Positions 1 through 14,408 of a stretch of DNA of 64,000 nucleotides are shown here, piece by piece. Source of the stretch: an uncultured delta proteobacterium (lineage in GTDB: Bacteria > Myxococcota > Myxococcia > Myxococcales > Myxococcaceae); assembly GCA_963713045.1 (NCBI GenBank), contig CAVQKE010000004.1, positions 992,001 through 1,056,000 on the forward strand, read 5' to 3'. Position numbers and translations under genes: made by a program. The notes below the pieces were generated by a model. That model saw nothing but the letters and a program-made list of their open reading frames with translations, was not told where the DNA came from and made no database searches. Each line of letters begins with the position of its first letter. The first letter of the stretch is position 1.

Positions 1-1481
1 AGGCCGGTTTCACGGTCGCGCGCCGAGACGGACACGATGCCCTCGGCGTTGATGTCAAAGGTGACGTCGATTTCCACCTCGCCCCGGGTGGCCAGTCGCA
101 GGCCGGAGAGGATGAATTCCCCCAGCAACTCATTCTGGTGAGCGACGTCGCTCTCCCCCTGAAGGACCATGATTTTGACCGTGGTTTGCCCGTCGCGACT
201 GGTGTGGAAGGTCTCGGTCACCGAAGTGGGGACCGTCGTATTCTTGGCAATCAGCCGCCGGGTGTACCCCCCGGCAATGGCCACCCCCAAGCTTTGGGGC
301 GTCACGTCGAGCAGCAGCACCTGACTGTCCGGGCGCAGCAGCGCATCGGCCTGGATGGCCGCGCCGAGCGCCACCACTTCCTCCGGGTGGACGCCCTTGG
401 AGGGGTCCTTGAAGTGCCGCTGCACCAGCGCTTGCACCAGCGGCATGCGAGTCATGCCTCCGACCAGGATGATTTCCTTCAAGTCGGAGGCGCGCACCTT
501 GGCCTCCACCAGCACCCCCTCCGCAATCTGCACCGACCGCTCGGCCAGGTCCCGCGTCAACTCCTCCAGCTTGGCTCGACTGAGGCTGGCTTGCAGATGC
601 AGCGCGGAGGTCCCCCCCGCGGGCGTGTAGAGGAAGGGAAGGTTGATGGCGGTCTCCTGCACCGTGGACAGCTCCATTTTCGCCCGCTCGGCCGCGTCCT
701 TCAGCCGCTGCAGCGCCATGCGGTCCTTGCGCAGGTCGACACCATGTTCCTTGGCAAAGGCCATCACCAGCCACTCGATGATGCGGTTGTCGAAGTCCTC
801 GCCGCCCAGGTAGGTGTCCCCGCCGGTGGCCACCACTTCGAAGACGCCCTTGGAGACGTCCAGGACGCTGACGTCGAGCGTGCCGCCGCCCAAGTCAAAG
901 ACGGCAATTTTGCCATTGAGGCTTCGGGCAAACCCATAAGCCAGCGCCGCGGCGGTCGGTTCATTGATGATGCGCAGCACATCCAACCCGGCGATTCGGC
1001 CCGCGTCCTTGGTGGCCTGCCGTTGTCCGTCGTTGAAATAGGCGGGCACCGTGACCACCGCCTTGGTGACGGTGCGCCCCAGGAAGGCCTCGGCGTCCTT
1101 GCGCAGTTCCTGCAGCACGGCGGCGGAGATTTCCGGAAGCGAGACCGGCCGGTCACCCAGCTGCACCCGGACGTCATCGTGCTCCCCACAGAGGAGGTGG
1201 TAGGGCAGCACTTCGCGGGCCTTCTGAATCTGCGCCGAGCTGTATTTCCGGCCGATGAGCCGCTTGCTGGCGTAGACGGTGTTTTCCGGGTTGGTGATGG
1301 CCTGGCGCTTGGCCAGTTGCCCCACCAGCCGCTTTCCGCCAGCCGTCAGTGCCACCACCGAAGGCGTCAGCAGCTGCCCGGTGCGGTTTTTGATGACCTG
1401 CGGCTGGCCGCCCTGGACCAAAGCCACCACGCTGTTGGTGGTCCCGAGGTCAATTCCAATGACAGGCTCGTGGTCGGCCAT
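1..1481 (-). CDS. dnaK: Hsp70/DnaK-family chaperone paralog (3' end runs off the window)
   Basis: Read manually from ATG at 1481: MADHEPVIGIDLGTTNS..., VITVPAYF-like VVTVPAYFND, IINEPTAAALAYG, FDLGGGTLDVS, GGDTYLGGEDFD, LVGGMTRMP. Missing from the ORF track because it is open at the edge. Confidence 0.93.
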   Translation of the reverse strand, partial: MADHEPVIGIDLGTTNSVVALVQGGQPQVIKNRTGQLLTPSVVALTAGGKRLVGQLAKRQAITNPENTVYASKRLIGRKYSSAQIQKAREVLPYHLLCGEHDDVRVQLGDRPVSLPEISAAVLQELRKDAEAFLGRTVTKAVVTVPAYFNDGQRQATKDAGRIAGLDVLRIINEPTAAALAYGFARSLNGKIAVFDLGGGTLDVSVLDVSKGVFEVVATGGDTYLGGEDFDNRIIEWLVMAFAKEHGVDLRKDRMALQRLKDAAERAKMELSTVQETAINLPFLYTPAGGTSALHLQASLSRAKLEELTRDLAERSVQIAEGVLVEAKVRASDLKEIILVGGMTRMPLVQALVQRHFKDPSKGVHPEEVVALGAAIQADALLRPDSQVLLLDVTPQSLGVAIAGGYTRRLIAKNTTVPTSVTETFHTSRDGQTTVKIMVLQGESDVAHQNELLGEFILSGLRLATRGEVEIDVTFDINAEGIVSVSARDRETG

Positions 1482-1495
1482 CCCCCGTTCGCACC

Positions 1496-2506
1496 CTACA
1501 CCCAGCGGAGTTTCTTGAGGAGTTGCTTGGCTTGGCCATTGCCTGGGTCGCGTCGTACCGCTGCCTCAAGGTGCCGCCGGGCAAGCTTATTCATCCCCAG
1601 CTGCACGCACAGCGAGCCCAACAGCAAAAGGCTCTCGACGTCGTCGGGCTTGAGGTCCACCGCCTTCTGGGCCAGCGGACGCGCTTCCACGGCAGTCCCG
1701 TTACGGGCCAGAAGCTGAGCGGCGGCCAGTGCCGCTTCATGCGAGGTGGGGTCCAAGGACAGCACCGCCCGGTAGGCGGTCACCGCGCCGGCTGAGTCCC
1801 CCAAGCCGGCGGCCTCCTTCGCGCGCTGCAATTCGGTCTTGGCACGCTCGGCATTCTTCTGTGCCTCGGCCTCTCCCCGCAAAGCCGCCGCCACGCTTCG
1901 TCGAGGGTCGAGCTTCTGTGCGCGGTGCAGCAGCCCCAGCGCGCGCTCGGTCGCCCCGGACTGCAGCTGGGAACGGGCCTCCTCCACCAGCGACTTGGCC
2001 TGGGCGCCTCGCGCCAGGTACGGATGGTGGGCCAGGCGGTTGCGGCGCTCCGCGGCACGGGCGGCGTCCTCCGGGGTGGCGGTGGGACTTGCCGGGGCCG
2101 CCGCGGCAGCGGCAGCGGCCGAAGCAGCGGCCCTCAGTCGCGGGTGCGCCCGCAGGTAAGCGTCACGCTTGGCCGCATCCACCAGCGTGGCGTGGGCCTC
2201 GGCGAGGCGGCGAAAAATGCGCTCCAGGCGACTCTGGTAGCTGCCCAGTTGCTTGCCGAAATAGCGGTCCGGGTGAAAGACGCGCGAGGCTTCGTGGTAG
2301 GCGGCACTCACCTCCTTGGTCGAGGCGCCGGGCTTGAGGCCTAAAAAGGCGTAATGGTCATCACCGAGGGCCGCCTCGCGCGCGAGAATTTCTCGTTTGC
2401 GGTCGAGCGGCAGCTCCACCGCCTCCGAAAGCGCAGCCTCTTGCTCGGTGTTGGGGGCCACGTCCTCGCTCAGCAGGTCGGTTTCGACTCTAGGGGTTGC
2501 CCACAA
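1496..2506 (-). CDS. J-domain (DnaJ-like) protein with C-terminal TPRs
   Basis: DHYAFLGL...FHPDRY J-domain with intact HPD, followed by Ala-rich TPR helices; directly upstream of the Hsp70 gene; start uncertain. Confidence 0.85.
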   Translation of the reverse strand: MWATPRVETDLLSEDVAPNTEQEAALSEAVELPLDRKREILAREAALGDDHYAFLGLKPGASTKEVSAAYHEASRVFHPDRYFGKQLGSYQSRLERIFRRLAEAHATLVDAAKRDAYLRAHPRLRAAASAAAAAAAAPASPTATPEDAARAAERRNRLAHHPYLARGAQAKSLVEEARSQLQSGATERALGLLHRAQKLDPRRSVAAALRGEAEAQKNAERAKTELQRAKEAAGLGDSAGAVTAYRAVLSLDPTSHEAALAAAQLLARNGTAVEARPLAQKAVDLKPDDVESLLLLGSLCVQLGMNKLARRHLEAAVRRDPGNGQAKQLLKKLRWV

Positions 2507-2513
2507 ACGCTTG

Positions 2514-3782
2514 TCAAATTGCGGACCGGAGGTCCCCGGCGGAAGGTGTCGCCAACGCGCGGCGCACCGCGAGGATGCCCCGGTCCATTTCCTCCGACGT
2601 CACCAGGTAGGCTGGGGCGAAGCGGAGGGTGCGTTCACCGGCCAGGTTGCACAGCACGCCCAACTCGCGCATCCGGCCCACCACCGGCCCAGCGTCCTTC
2701 GCCAATTCCACGCCGAGGAGGAGTCCTTGCCCTCGCACGTCCACCACCTGCTCGGGCAGCTCGGCCTGAAGCCCCCGCAGCCCAGCCAGGAAATAGTCCC
2801 CCTTGCTGCGGACGGCGCTGAGCCAGCTCGGCTCCATCGCCAGGCTCACCGTGGCCAGTGCAGCCGCGGCCGTCACCGGGTTACCGCCGAAGGTGCTTCC
2901 GTGGGTGCCGGGCACCAGCGCACGGCCGGCTTCCTCAGTGCACACCATGGCGCCGATGGGAAGGCCGTTGCCCAGGCCCTTGGCCAGGCTGAAGCCGTCC
3001 GGGCGGATGCCGGCATGCTGGAAGGCAAACATCCGCCCCGTCCGCCCGAGGCCGGTCTGCACCTCGTCCACCAGCAGCAGCACGCCGGCCTCGTCACAAA
3101 GGCCACGCAGCGCCCGGAGAAAGCCCTCCGGCGCCGGCCGCACGCCGCCTTCGCCTTGGATGGGCTCCACCAGCACCGCCGCGGTGCGCGGCCCCATCGC
3201 CCGGCGCACGGCCTCCACGTCCCCGTACGGGACATGCAGCACGCCGGGAAGCAGCGGCTCGAAGCCGCGCTGGTATTTGGACTGGCCAGTGGCGGTCACC
3301 GTGGCCAAGGTGCGGCCATGGAAGCTGTTCTCGAAGCAGATGAATTCGAAACGCTCTGTCTGGCCGCGGTCCCGCTGTGTCTTGCGGGCCAGCTTCAGCA
3401 GCGCCTCATTCGCCTCCGCACCGGAGTTACAGAAGAAGGCCCGGTCCAGTCCGGAGGCCTGGCGCAACTTCTCGGCCAGCGCAATTTGGGGCTCGCTGAA
3501 AAAGACGTTGGAGACGTGCCACAGCTTGTCCAGCTGGGCCTTCACCGCCGCCGTAATTTCCGGATGGCAGTGCCCGAAGGGCAGCGTGGCGATGCCGCCC
3601 AGCAAGTCCAAGTATTCCCTCCCGTCCGCGTCCCACACCCGCGTCCCCTGCCCTCGTTCCAACACCAGCGGCTGCTGCTTGTAGTTTTGGAGGAGGTTGA
3701 CGCGGGCGCGCTCCATCCAGGCCTGACTCTGCACGGTGGAGGTGCGCTGGACGGCGGCGGTGGGGGACAGCGGGGTAAGCAC
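2514..3782 (-). CDS. argD: Acetylornithine aminotransferase (class III PLP)
   Basis: FFCNSGAEANE, SFHGRT, EPIQGEGG, DEVQTGLGRTG, AKGLGNG, HGSTFGGNP. Confidence 0.9.
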   Translation of the reverse strand: MLTPLSPTAAVQRTSTVQSQAWMERARVNLLQNYKQQPLVLERGQGTRVWDADGREYLDLLGGIATLPFGHCHPEITAAVKAQLDKLWHVSNVFFSEPQIALAEKLRQASGLDRAFFCNSGAEANEALLKLARKTQRDRGQTERFEFICFENSFHGRTLATVTATGQSKYQRGFEPLLPGVLHVPYGDVEAVRRAMGPRTAAVLVEPIQGEGGVRPAPEGFLRALRGLCDEAGVLLLVDEVQTGLGRTGRMFAFQHAGIRPDGFSLAKGLGNGLPIGAMVCTEEAGRALVPGTHGSTFGGNPVTAAAALATVSLAMEPSWLSAVRSKGDYFLAGLRGLQAELPEQVVDVRGQGLLLGVELAKDAGPVVGRMRELGVLCNLAGERTLRFAPAYLVTSEEMDRGILAVRRALATPSAGDLRSAI

Positions 3783-3811
3783 GGGGACTCCTCCCTGCGG
3801 CGGACGCTCGA

Positions 3812-5166
<1,355 letters not shown>

Positions 5167-5170
<4 letters not shown>

Positions 5171-5694
5171 AGCTCCTCAAAGCTGAGCTGGTCGTTGGTG
5201 TAGATGCAGATGTTGGCCGCGATGCGCAGCGCGGCCTCGGCCACCGCCCGCGCCGGGAGCGTCGAGTGGGCCAACAGCGCTTGGGCCGCGGCCTGGGCGT
5301 AGGGGCCTCCGCTTCCCACCGCGGCGGCGCCGCCATCGGGCTCAATGACGTCGCCACTGCCGGAGAGGAGGAAGGTCTTCTCCGCGTCTGCCACCAACAG
5401 CAGTGCCTCCAGCCGGCGCAGCGCGCGGTCGGTGCGCCAGTCCTTCGCCAACTCGACGCAGGCCCGGGTGAGGTTTTTCCGGTGCTCCTTCAGCTTGGCC
5501 TCGAACCTTTCGAAGAGGGAGAAGGCATCCGCGGTGCCGCCGGCAAAGCCAGCGATGACCGAGCCGTCCCCCAGCCGGCGCACCTTGCGGGCGCTGGCCT
5601 TCATCACCGTCTTGTCCAGTGTCACCTGGCCGTCGCCCCCGAGTGCGACTTTCCCGTCGCGGCGCACACAGAGAATGGTGGTCCCATGCAGCAT
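5167..5694 (-). CDS. hslV: ATP-dependent protease peptidase subunit HslV
   Basis: GTTIL N-terminal Thr nucleophile, [23 protein letters not shown]; overlaps hslU start. Confidence 0.98.
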
Positions 5695-5854
5695 CAGCGT
5701 CCATGTAACAGGGCAGCCCCTGCCCTACCAATTCCTCCGGCACAGCTCCCTCGCGCAAGGCGTCCGATTCGACGGCCGCTCGCTCGGCGGGGAAGGGCCG
5801 GCGACCGGCTTTCTGAAGAGGCCTAGGGTTTGTCGGCCCTGGAGGGCGGCAACC

Positions 5855-6742
5855 TCAGGCGTGGGGATGGGCCTTGTCGTACACCGCCTGCAACAGCTCG
5901 ACGCCGACGTGGGTGTAGCGCTGGGTGGTGGAGAGGCTGGCGTGGCCGAGAAGTTCCTGAATGCTACGCACGTCGGCGCCCCCGGCCAGCAGGTGGGTGG
6001 CGTAGCTGTGCCGAAGGGCGTGGGGGCTGACGTGACGTTGGAGGCCGGCCGCGCGGGCATAGGCCTCAAGGTGCCGGGCCACACTGCGCGCGGTCAGCCG
6101 ACCCCCCCGGAAGTTGAGAAACACGGCGCGGCCGTCCTGGCCTCGGCGGCGACGGGCCAGCACTTCGCCGCGCCGGGCGAGCCAATGCCGCAGCGCCTCG
6201 GCACCTTGGGGGTGAAGCGGGCAGAGCCGTTCCTTCTTCCCCTTGCCAAGGACGCGCAACACGCGCGCCGACAGGTCGACGTCGTCCAGCGACAGCCCGC
6301 AGGCTTCGCTGACGCGAAGTCCGGCGCCGTAGAGGACCTCCAACAGGGCGCGGTCCCGAAGCGCAAGCAGGCTGGCCTCGCCGGGCTGCTCCACCAAGGC
6401 GAAGGCCTCGTCCACCGGGAGAAACTTCGGCAGGGTGACGGGCAGCTTGGGCCCCCGCATGTGGACGGCCGGATTGGCCTTCAGCTGCCCGGTCCGCACC
6501 AGGTGGCGGTAGAAGGCCTTCACCGAGGCCAGCGCCCGGGCGCGGCTGCGCGGCGCGTGGTCCACCGCCAGGACGCCGAGCCAGCCCCGGACTGCCAGGT
6601 GCTTGGCCCCGAGAAGCGACGTCCCTTGCGCTTCTAGGTACCGGCCAAAGGCGGTGACGTCGCGCAGGTAGTTGCGGACGGTGTGCGGCGAGGCGCCGCG
6701 CCGCTGGAGCGCCTTCCGGAAGTCCGCGAGGGTGGTTTGCAC
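5855..6742 (-). CDS. xerC: Tyrosine recombinase XerC
   Basis: LYGAGLRVSE, GKGKKER, HALRHSYATH, LLGHASLSTTQRY; usual position upstream of hslVU; GTG start at 6742 chosen for typical length. Confidence 0.92.
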   Translation of the reverse strand: MQTTLADFRKALQRRGASPHTVRNYLRDVTAFGRYLEAQGTSLLGAKHLAVRGWLGVLAVDHAPRSRARALASVKAFYRHLVRTGQLKANPAVHMRGPKLPVTLPKFLPVDEAFALVEQPGEASLLALRDRALLEVLYGAGLRVSEACGLSLDDVDLSARVLRVLGKGKKERLCPLHPQGAEALRHWLARRGEVLARRRRGQDGRAVFLNFRGGRLTARSVARHLEAYARAAGLQRHVSPHALRHSYATHLLAGGADVRSIQELLGHASLSTTQRYTHVGVELLQAVYDKAHPHA

Positions 6743-6785
6743 GGGCGCCGGCGAGGCTACGGCAGCCCAGGGCTTCGCCCAAATT

Positions 6786-8381
6786 TCACGGTCCGGCTTC
6801 GCACAGGTACAGCCCCGAGCGGCCCTTTTCCGAGACCAGGTACACCACCCGTTTGCCGGCCGGGTCGGCGAAAAGCGCCGGCAACAGGGTGAAGGTGTCC
6901 AGCGTCTTCCGCTCGCCGGTGCGCCGGTTGTAGACGGCGGTGTCGTAGGTGTCGGAGTCCAGCCGGGCGTAGGAGACCAGCAACCGCTCGCCCGTCTCGG
7001 AGGCCTTGAAGCTGAAAATGCCTTCGAGAATTTGCTTCGGGGCCTGGTGTGGCTGGGCCAGGTCAAGCTCGCTCAGCCCGCAGGAGCGCGGCTGGTCGCG
7101 CTGGGACTGGCGGAGGCATTCGCTGCGGAAAAGCAGCACGTCCCCGGGTGCAATGGCAAAGCCGTAGACGCCTTCCTTCACCCGGAAGGCCTGCTCCTCG
7201 CCGCGCACATAGAGGTAGAGGTCCATGCTGGGCAGCGGTTGGATGACTTCCACGTTGAAGGCGACAAAGCGGCCGTCCTTGCCCCACTCGCCGGTGTGGG
7301 CCCGCTCCAGCAGCGTCCGCACCTTGCGCGAAGGCAGCTCGACGACGAGGAGCGTCCCTCGGTCGTGCTGTTGATTGTAGAAGTCCAGCGCCCAGACGGC
7401 CGACCCGTCGGGCGCGAAGCCGAAGCGCCCCACCTTGCTTCCCACCGGCCGGGCCTCTGCGCCGCTGGCCGGCCCCACCAGGAAGGCCCCCACCACCACC
7501 CGGCCCATCGCGTCGCGCTTGCCTTCAATGCGCCCCAGCCAACGGCTGTCCGGGGAGAAGCCATACAGCCCCACCCCGGAGGCTGCCTTCACCGGGGGCC
7601 CGGCGTCCAAGCTGCTGACCCAGAGGTCCCACACGTCGCGGGCAAGGGGACTGGCTTCGGTGAAGGCGAGGTGGCGGCCGTCTGGGGCCACTTCATAGTC
7701 CGCCACCCGTTCGGCCAGCTTGCTGGCGGCACCGCCTTCGGTGGGCAGCTGCAACAGGGCGCCGCCCGCGGCGGCGCGCCGCAGGGCGAGGAGGCGGGTG
7801 CCGCCCAGGGCAAACTTCGCCGTGGAGACGTCCGTCGCCACCGCCCGCGCGCTGCTGCCGGTTTCCAGCGGCGCCAGCTTCAGCACGCCGGCGTCGACGA
7901 AGGCGAAGAAGCGGCCGTCTGGGCTGACGGTGACGAAGCTGACGGAGTGGCCGCGCGTCTCCGCCTCGCCGGGTGCGTCCAGCCGCTGCGTCCGCAGCGT
8001 GCCGGCCCCGGAGGCCAAGTCGAAGTCGGTGAGGAAGAGAAGCCAGCGGCCGTCTGGACTGAAGAGGGCTGCCCCCGGCTTGTTGGGCACGTGTGCCGCC
8101 AGGCTGCGCGCTTCACCAGTGGCCAGCGAGACAGCCAGCAGCTCGCCCACGGCGCTTTTGGGGTTGATGCTGTCCGGGTTGACGCCTTCCAAGGACGGGC
8201 GCACCGGGCTTTTTAAAAACGTGGCCCAGGCGCCGTCACGGGACAGCCGGAGGTCCGTCCCGGCCCCGGCCACCAGGCGCCGTCCGAGGCCTCCCACCAG
8301 CGGCTTGGCGGGGACTTCGGCCTGCTTGGGGCAAGCCGCCAACACCAGCGCCGCCGCCCACCACCGCCGCTGGCCCTTCAC
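6786..8381 (-). CDS. aglU: TolB-like beta-propeller lipoprotein, AglU-like
   Basis: GTG start overlapping trmFO stop; lipobox LVLAAC; repeated (F/V)(S/A)PDG propeller blades; position between trmFO and xerC matches my recollection of M. xanthus aglU. Confidence 0.7.
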   Translation of the reverse strand: MKGQRRWWAAALVLAACPKQAEVPAKPLVGGLGRRLVAGAGTDLRLSRDGAWATFLKSPVRPSLEGVNPDSINPKSAVGELLAVSLATGEARSLAAHVPNKPGAALFSPDGRWLLFLTDFDLASGAGTLRTQRLDAPGEAETRGHSVSFVTVSPDGRFFAFVDAGVLKLAPLETGSSARAVATDVSTAKFALGGTRLLALRRAAAGGALLQLPTEGGAASKLAERVADYEVAPDGRHLAFTEASPLARDVWDLWVSSLDAGPPVKAASGVGLYGFSPDSRWLGRIEGKRDAMGRVVVGAFLVGPASGAEARPVGSKVGRFGFAPDGSAVWALDFYNQQHDRGTLLVVELPSRKVRTLLERAHTGEWGKDGRFVAFNVEVIQPLPSMDLYLYVRGEEQAFRVKEGVYGFAIAPGDVLLFRSECLRQSQRDQPRSCGLSELDLAQPHQAPKQILEGIFSFKASETGERLLVSYARLDSDTYDTAVYNRRTGERKTLDTFTLLPALFADPAGKRVVYLVSEKGRSGLYLCEAGP

Positions 8382-9754
8382 CCAACCGCCCTCCGCCCGG
8401 GCGCGGGCAGGCCCACCGGGCGGGCGTGCAGCGCGGCCGGGTCCCCCCCCAGCGTCCGACGCCACGCCAACAACTCGCGCTGGGCCCGCGCCAGGTAGGC
8501 CCCCCGCTTGTCCTCCCGTCGCACCCGCCCGGGAAGGGGCGGGAAGAGGCTGAAGGTGACGTTGGTGGGCGTGTGGGGGTGGCCGGCGGGGTGGGCCTCG
8601 CCGGTGACGTGGCGGTACAGGGCACCCAGTGCCGTCCCTGCCGGCGGGGGATGAAACGGCCGTCCAAGAAGGCGCGCGTGCACAGAAAGCGCCACCAAGT
8701 ACCCGCACGCGGCGGATTCGACGTAGCCCTCCACGCCTGTAATTTGGCCGGCGAAAAACAGGCGGGGCTGGCTGTTCAGCGACAAGTCCGCCCCCAGAAG
8801 GCGCGGGGAGTCGACGTAGGTGTTGCGATGGATTTGGCCAAGCCGGAGAAACTCGGCCTCGGCCAGCCCCGGCAGGGTGCGGAAAATCCGCCGCTGCTCG
8901 GGCCAGGTGAGGCGCGTCTGGAAGCCCACCAGGTTGTAGGCCGTTCCGCCGACGTCCTCCTGGCGCAGCTGCACCACCGCGTAGGGCCGCTTCCCGGTGC
9001 GCGGGTCGGAAAGGCCCACCGGCTTCATCGGCCCGTGCGCCAGCACTTCCGCCCCGCGCTCGGCCATCACCTCCACCGGCAGGCACCCCTCAAAGTAGCG
9101 GGGTTCCTCGAAGTCATGCGGCGTCACCTTCTCCGCGGTGCGCAAGGCCTCGACGAAGCGGTGGTAGGCCTCCTCCTCGAGCGGCAGGTTGAGGTAGTCC
9201 GCCCCCTCTCCCCGCCCCCAGCGGCTGGCCCGAAAGGCCACCGTGGTGTCCACTGAATCGGCGGAGACGATGGGCGCAATGGCGTCGTAGAAGTAAAGCC
9301 GCGTCCCGACGTGCCGCTCGAGTTCGCCGGTCAGCGCCTCCGCGGTCAGTGGGCCAGTGGCCACCACCACCGTCCCTTCGGGCAGTTTCTCCACCTCCCC
9401 GTGCCACACCGAGAGGCGCGGAGTGCGGGTCAGCACTGCCGTCACGCCCAGAGAGAAGCGGCTCCGGTCCACCGCGAGGGCCTCGCCTGCTGGCACCCGC
9501 GCCCGGTCGGCTTCACCCAGCACCAAAGAGCCAAGGGCACGAAGTTCATGGTGCAGCATGCCAATGGCGCTGTCCTCCGCGTCCGAGCGAAAGGAGTTGC
9601 TGCACACCAATTCCGCCAGCGCGTCGCTGCGATGGGCGGCCGAGCGCCGCACCGGCTTCATTTCGCGCAGCACCACGCTGAGGCCGCGGCGCGCAAGCTG
9701 GTAGGCGCACTCGCTACCGGCGAGGCCGCCTCCAATGACTGTCACCGCGGGCAT
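8378..9754 (-). CDS. trmFO: Folate/FAD-dependent tRNA (uracil-5)-methyltransferase TrmFO (Gid)
   Basis: [51 protein letters not shown]. Confidence 0.96.
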   Translation of the reverse strand: MPAVTVIGGGLAGSECAYQLARRGLSVVLREMKPVRRSAAHRSDALAELVCSNSFRSDAEDSAIGMLHHELRALGSLVLGEADRARVPAGEALAVDRSRFSLGVTAVLTRTPRLSVWHGEVEKLPEGTVVVATGPLTAEALTGELERHVGTRLYFYDAIAPIVSADSVDTTVAFRASRWGRGEGADYLNLPLEEEAYHRFVEALRTAEKVTPHDFEEPRYFEGCLPVEVMAERGAEVLAHGPMKPVGLSDPRTGKRPYAVVQLRQEDVGGTAYNLVGFQTRLTWPEQRRIFRTLPGLAEAEFLRLGQIHRNTYVDSPRLLGADLSLNSQPRLFFAGQITGVEGYVESAACGYLVALSVHARLLGRPFHPPPAGTALGALYRHVTGEAHPAGHPHTPTNVTFSLFPPLPGRVRREDKRGAYLARAQRELLAWRRTLGGDPAALHARPVGLPAPGRRAVG

Positions 9755-9854
9755 GGCAGCCTGCTTCCTGCAACGGGGGCCGGCCGAAGTCCAGTGCCCG
9801 CTGGAGGTCCTGGACCTACGTCACAGGGGCACCAGGGGGGCCAAGGGCTTTTCG

Positions 9855-10463
9855 TCAGTTGGTGGGGGCCGCCTCGCTGGCGGCGGCTTCCCCTCGTTGC
9901 AGGACCACGAAGCGGTAGTTTTCAAGCTCGTTCTGCCCGGCGGTGTACAGCACCGTGAGGAGCAAGTCATAGGGGATGCGGCGGTCTCCAATGACGGACA
10001 ACTCTTTGCTGAAGGGCGCCGCAGGGTTTCTCTCGGCGATGTATTTCAGCTTCTCAACTTCCCGGCGCAGGGCCTGGTCCAGCGGCACCACCAACCGGCC
10101 GTTGAGAGCCGCCGGCGGGACCTGCCCGTGCTCCAGCGCCACCACCACCCGGTCGCCGACCAGGATGTCCTTGGGGGTGATGGTCACCGCCACCGTGTCC
10201 CGCGGAGTGGCCCGGGTGCTGGACACCGGCGGCTTGATGTCCTCGGACTGGGTCAAAGAGATGGCCGAGGCGGTGTAGGACTTGAGGAGGAAGACCAGGA
10301 TGATGGTCATCATGTCCATCATCGCGACGATGTTCAGCTCGCGAATTTGGGCATGGTAGTCCCGTTCGATGCGCTTCTTGCGCGTCATCGCCTTGCGAAA
10401 CATGAGGCGCTGCAGCGTCTCGTCATCGAGGGACGGCGAGGGAGGGGCTTGGGGGCCGGCCAT
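9855..10463 (-). CDS. ExbD/TolR-family motor subunit
   Basis: ELNIVAMMDMMTIILVFLL single TM with conserved Asp; IGDRRIPY periplasmic motif. Confidence 0.88.
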   Translation of the reverse strand: MAGPQAPPSPSLDDETLQRLMFRKAMTRKKRIERDYHAQIRELNIVAMMDMMTIILVFLLKSYTASAISLTQSEDIKPPVSSTRATPRDTVAVTITPKDILVGDRVVVALEHGQVPPAALNGRLVVPLDQALRREVEKLKYIAERNPAAPFSKELSVIGDRRIPYDLLLTVLYTAGQNELENYRFVVLQRGEAAASEAAPTN

Positions 10464-10464
10464 T

Positions 10465-11001
10465 TTACAGCGCTCCCAGCGTCACGTCGGGGAAGAGGAC
10501 TTTTCTCTCCGGCGCCGGCGACTCGCGGACCGCGTCCATGGTGCTCACCAGCACTTCGTAGGGGATGTCCGCCTCGGCGCCGATGATGACTTTGGTCTCC
10601 GCGGGGAATTCCTTTTTGACGCCCACCAAGTCCGCAGTCAGGCCGGCGTAGTCATAGCTGCCATCGGGCCTTCTCGGCAGGGTGGGAGGGACTTCGGCCG
10701 GATTCACCGAGCCACTCTGCGGGCCGAGGATTCCGCCAGCGCCCGCCACGTAGAAGCCCTTCTTGGAGACCAGCACCGACAACAGCAGCTTGGGCTTGTC
10801 CCCCTCGTCCGGGGACGCCGCCGCCCCGCCATAGCTGGGCGCGCTGACGTTGAGGATGCCGAACGCCGCTAAGCCGGTAATCGACAACAGCATGAACATG
10901 ATGAGGTTCATCAGGACGTCGAGGTAGGGAACGATGTTGAGTTCCCCCAGCTCGTGCTCCTCGCGGGGCTTCAGCTTTCGGCGGCTGTAAAAGAAGGCCA
11001 T
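10465..11001 (-). CDS. ExbD/TolR-family motor subunit
   Basis: ELNIVPYLDVLMNLIMFML TM with conserved Asp; AEADIPYEVLVSTMDAVR. Confidence 0.88.
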   Translation of the reverse strand: MAFFYSRRKLKPREEHELGELNIVPYLDVLMNLIMFMLLSITGLAAFGILNVSAPSYGGAAASPDEGDKPKLLLSVLVSKKGFYVAGAGGILGPQSGSVNPAEVPPTLPRRPDGSYDYAGLTADLVGVKKEFPAETKVIIGAEADIPYEVLVSTMDAVRESPAPERKVLFPDVTLGAL

Positions 11002-11004
11002 CCG

Positions 11005-11742
11005 TCAGGCCGACTTTTCGTAGTCCATGGCCGACGTCTCGCCGGCGGCGCGCCGGGAGAGGATGTTCTCCAGCTTCAGCGCACTCAACTCCACCGTGTC
11101 CACCATCCGCTTGGCGTAGGCCGACAGGAAGAGGTGGGCCACGATGCAGGTGACGGCGATGGACAAACCGAAGGCGGTGTTGTTCATCGCCTCGGAGATG
11201 CCGTTGGAGAGCAGCGCTTGCTTTTGGTCGGCCGGGACGTTGCCGAGGGCCTGGAAGGTGCCGATGAGGCCCACGATGGTGCCAATCAGCCCGACCAGCG
11301 TGGCGATGTTGGCCAGCGACCAGAGCCATGGAATTCGCGATTGGATGGGGGGCGTGTATTCAAGAAGGGCCTCCTCCACCGCCTTGGCCACCTCCATCTC
11401 GCCGCGGTTGGCACGCGTCAGCCCAGCGCTGATGACTTTCGCCAAGGGCGCATTGGGTGCCGCCCGGCACAGCTTCACCGCGCGGTCGACGTTTCCCTGG
11501 AGGACCAGCTTCGTAATCTGGTCCATGAAGGGCTCGGCGTTGAGGTTGTAGCGGAAGAGGAGCGTGACGATGCGCTCGACGATGACGGCGATGGCCACCG
11601 CCATCCAGAAGATGTTGACGTACATCAGCGGTCCGCCCTCTTGAAAGAAGCGGACGATGCTGTTTTTGACACTGCCACCAGCGGCCGGCGCAGCAGCGAG
11701 GACCACCACATCCAAGAGGTGGTTCAGTGTGGGGAGTACCAA
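11005..11742 (-). CDS. MotA/TolQ/ExbB proton channel subunit
   Basis: GGPLMY...IVER; ANIATLVGLIGTIVGLI; GISEAMNNTAFGL. Confidence 0.93.
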   Translation of the reverse strand: MVLPTLNHLLDVVVLAAAPAAGGSVKNSIVRFFQEGGPLMYVNIFWMAVAIAVIVERIVTLLFRYNLNAEPFMDQITKLVLQGNVDRAVKLCRAAPNAPLAKVISAGLTRANRGEMEVAKAVEEALLEYTPPIQSRIPWLWSLANIATLVGLIGTIVGLIGTFQALGNVPADQKQALLSNGISEAMNNTAFGLSIAVTCIVAHLFLSAYAKRMVDTVELSALKLENILSRRAAGETSAMDYEKSA

Positions 11743-11848
11743 CGGGTGGTTCCTTTCGGAGCGGGAGCGCCGCTCAAGGGCGCGGGCAGGGAAGGCGATT
11801 CAAAACGGCCCCGCCGAGCGCGGGCGTCCCTCGATGCCATCGCCTCAA

Positions 11849-11877
11849 ATCGTCCCGTTTCGAGGCTGAGGTGTCAA
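11849..11877 (-). promoter_or_regulatory. Putative sigma70-type promoter of the tolQ/R/R triplet
   Basis: Minus strand TTGACA-17 nt-GACGAT. Confidence 0.5.
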
Positions 11878-11906
11878 GAACCAGAAAGCGACGGCCCCCC
11901 GGCGCC

Positions 11907-14408
<2,502 letters not shown>

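Noticed and set aside
138..1718. 526-aa plus-strand ORF
   Set aside because: Antisense shadow of the Hsp70 gene, a well-known artefact of dnaK reverse frames in GC-rich genomes
5710..5726. AGGGCAG/CTGCCCT hairpin upstream of hslV as an RNA thermometer
   Set aside because: Short GC-rich stem with no ROSE or fourU features; could easily be chance
5855..6742. Tyrosine recombinase as the integrase of a mobile element
   Set aside because: Housekeeping xerC context (trmFO...xerC-hslVU); no att sites, tRNA or cargo genes
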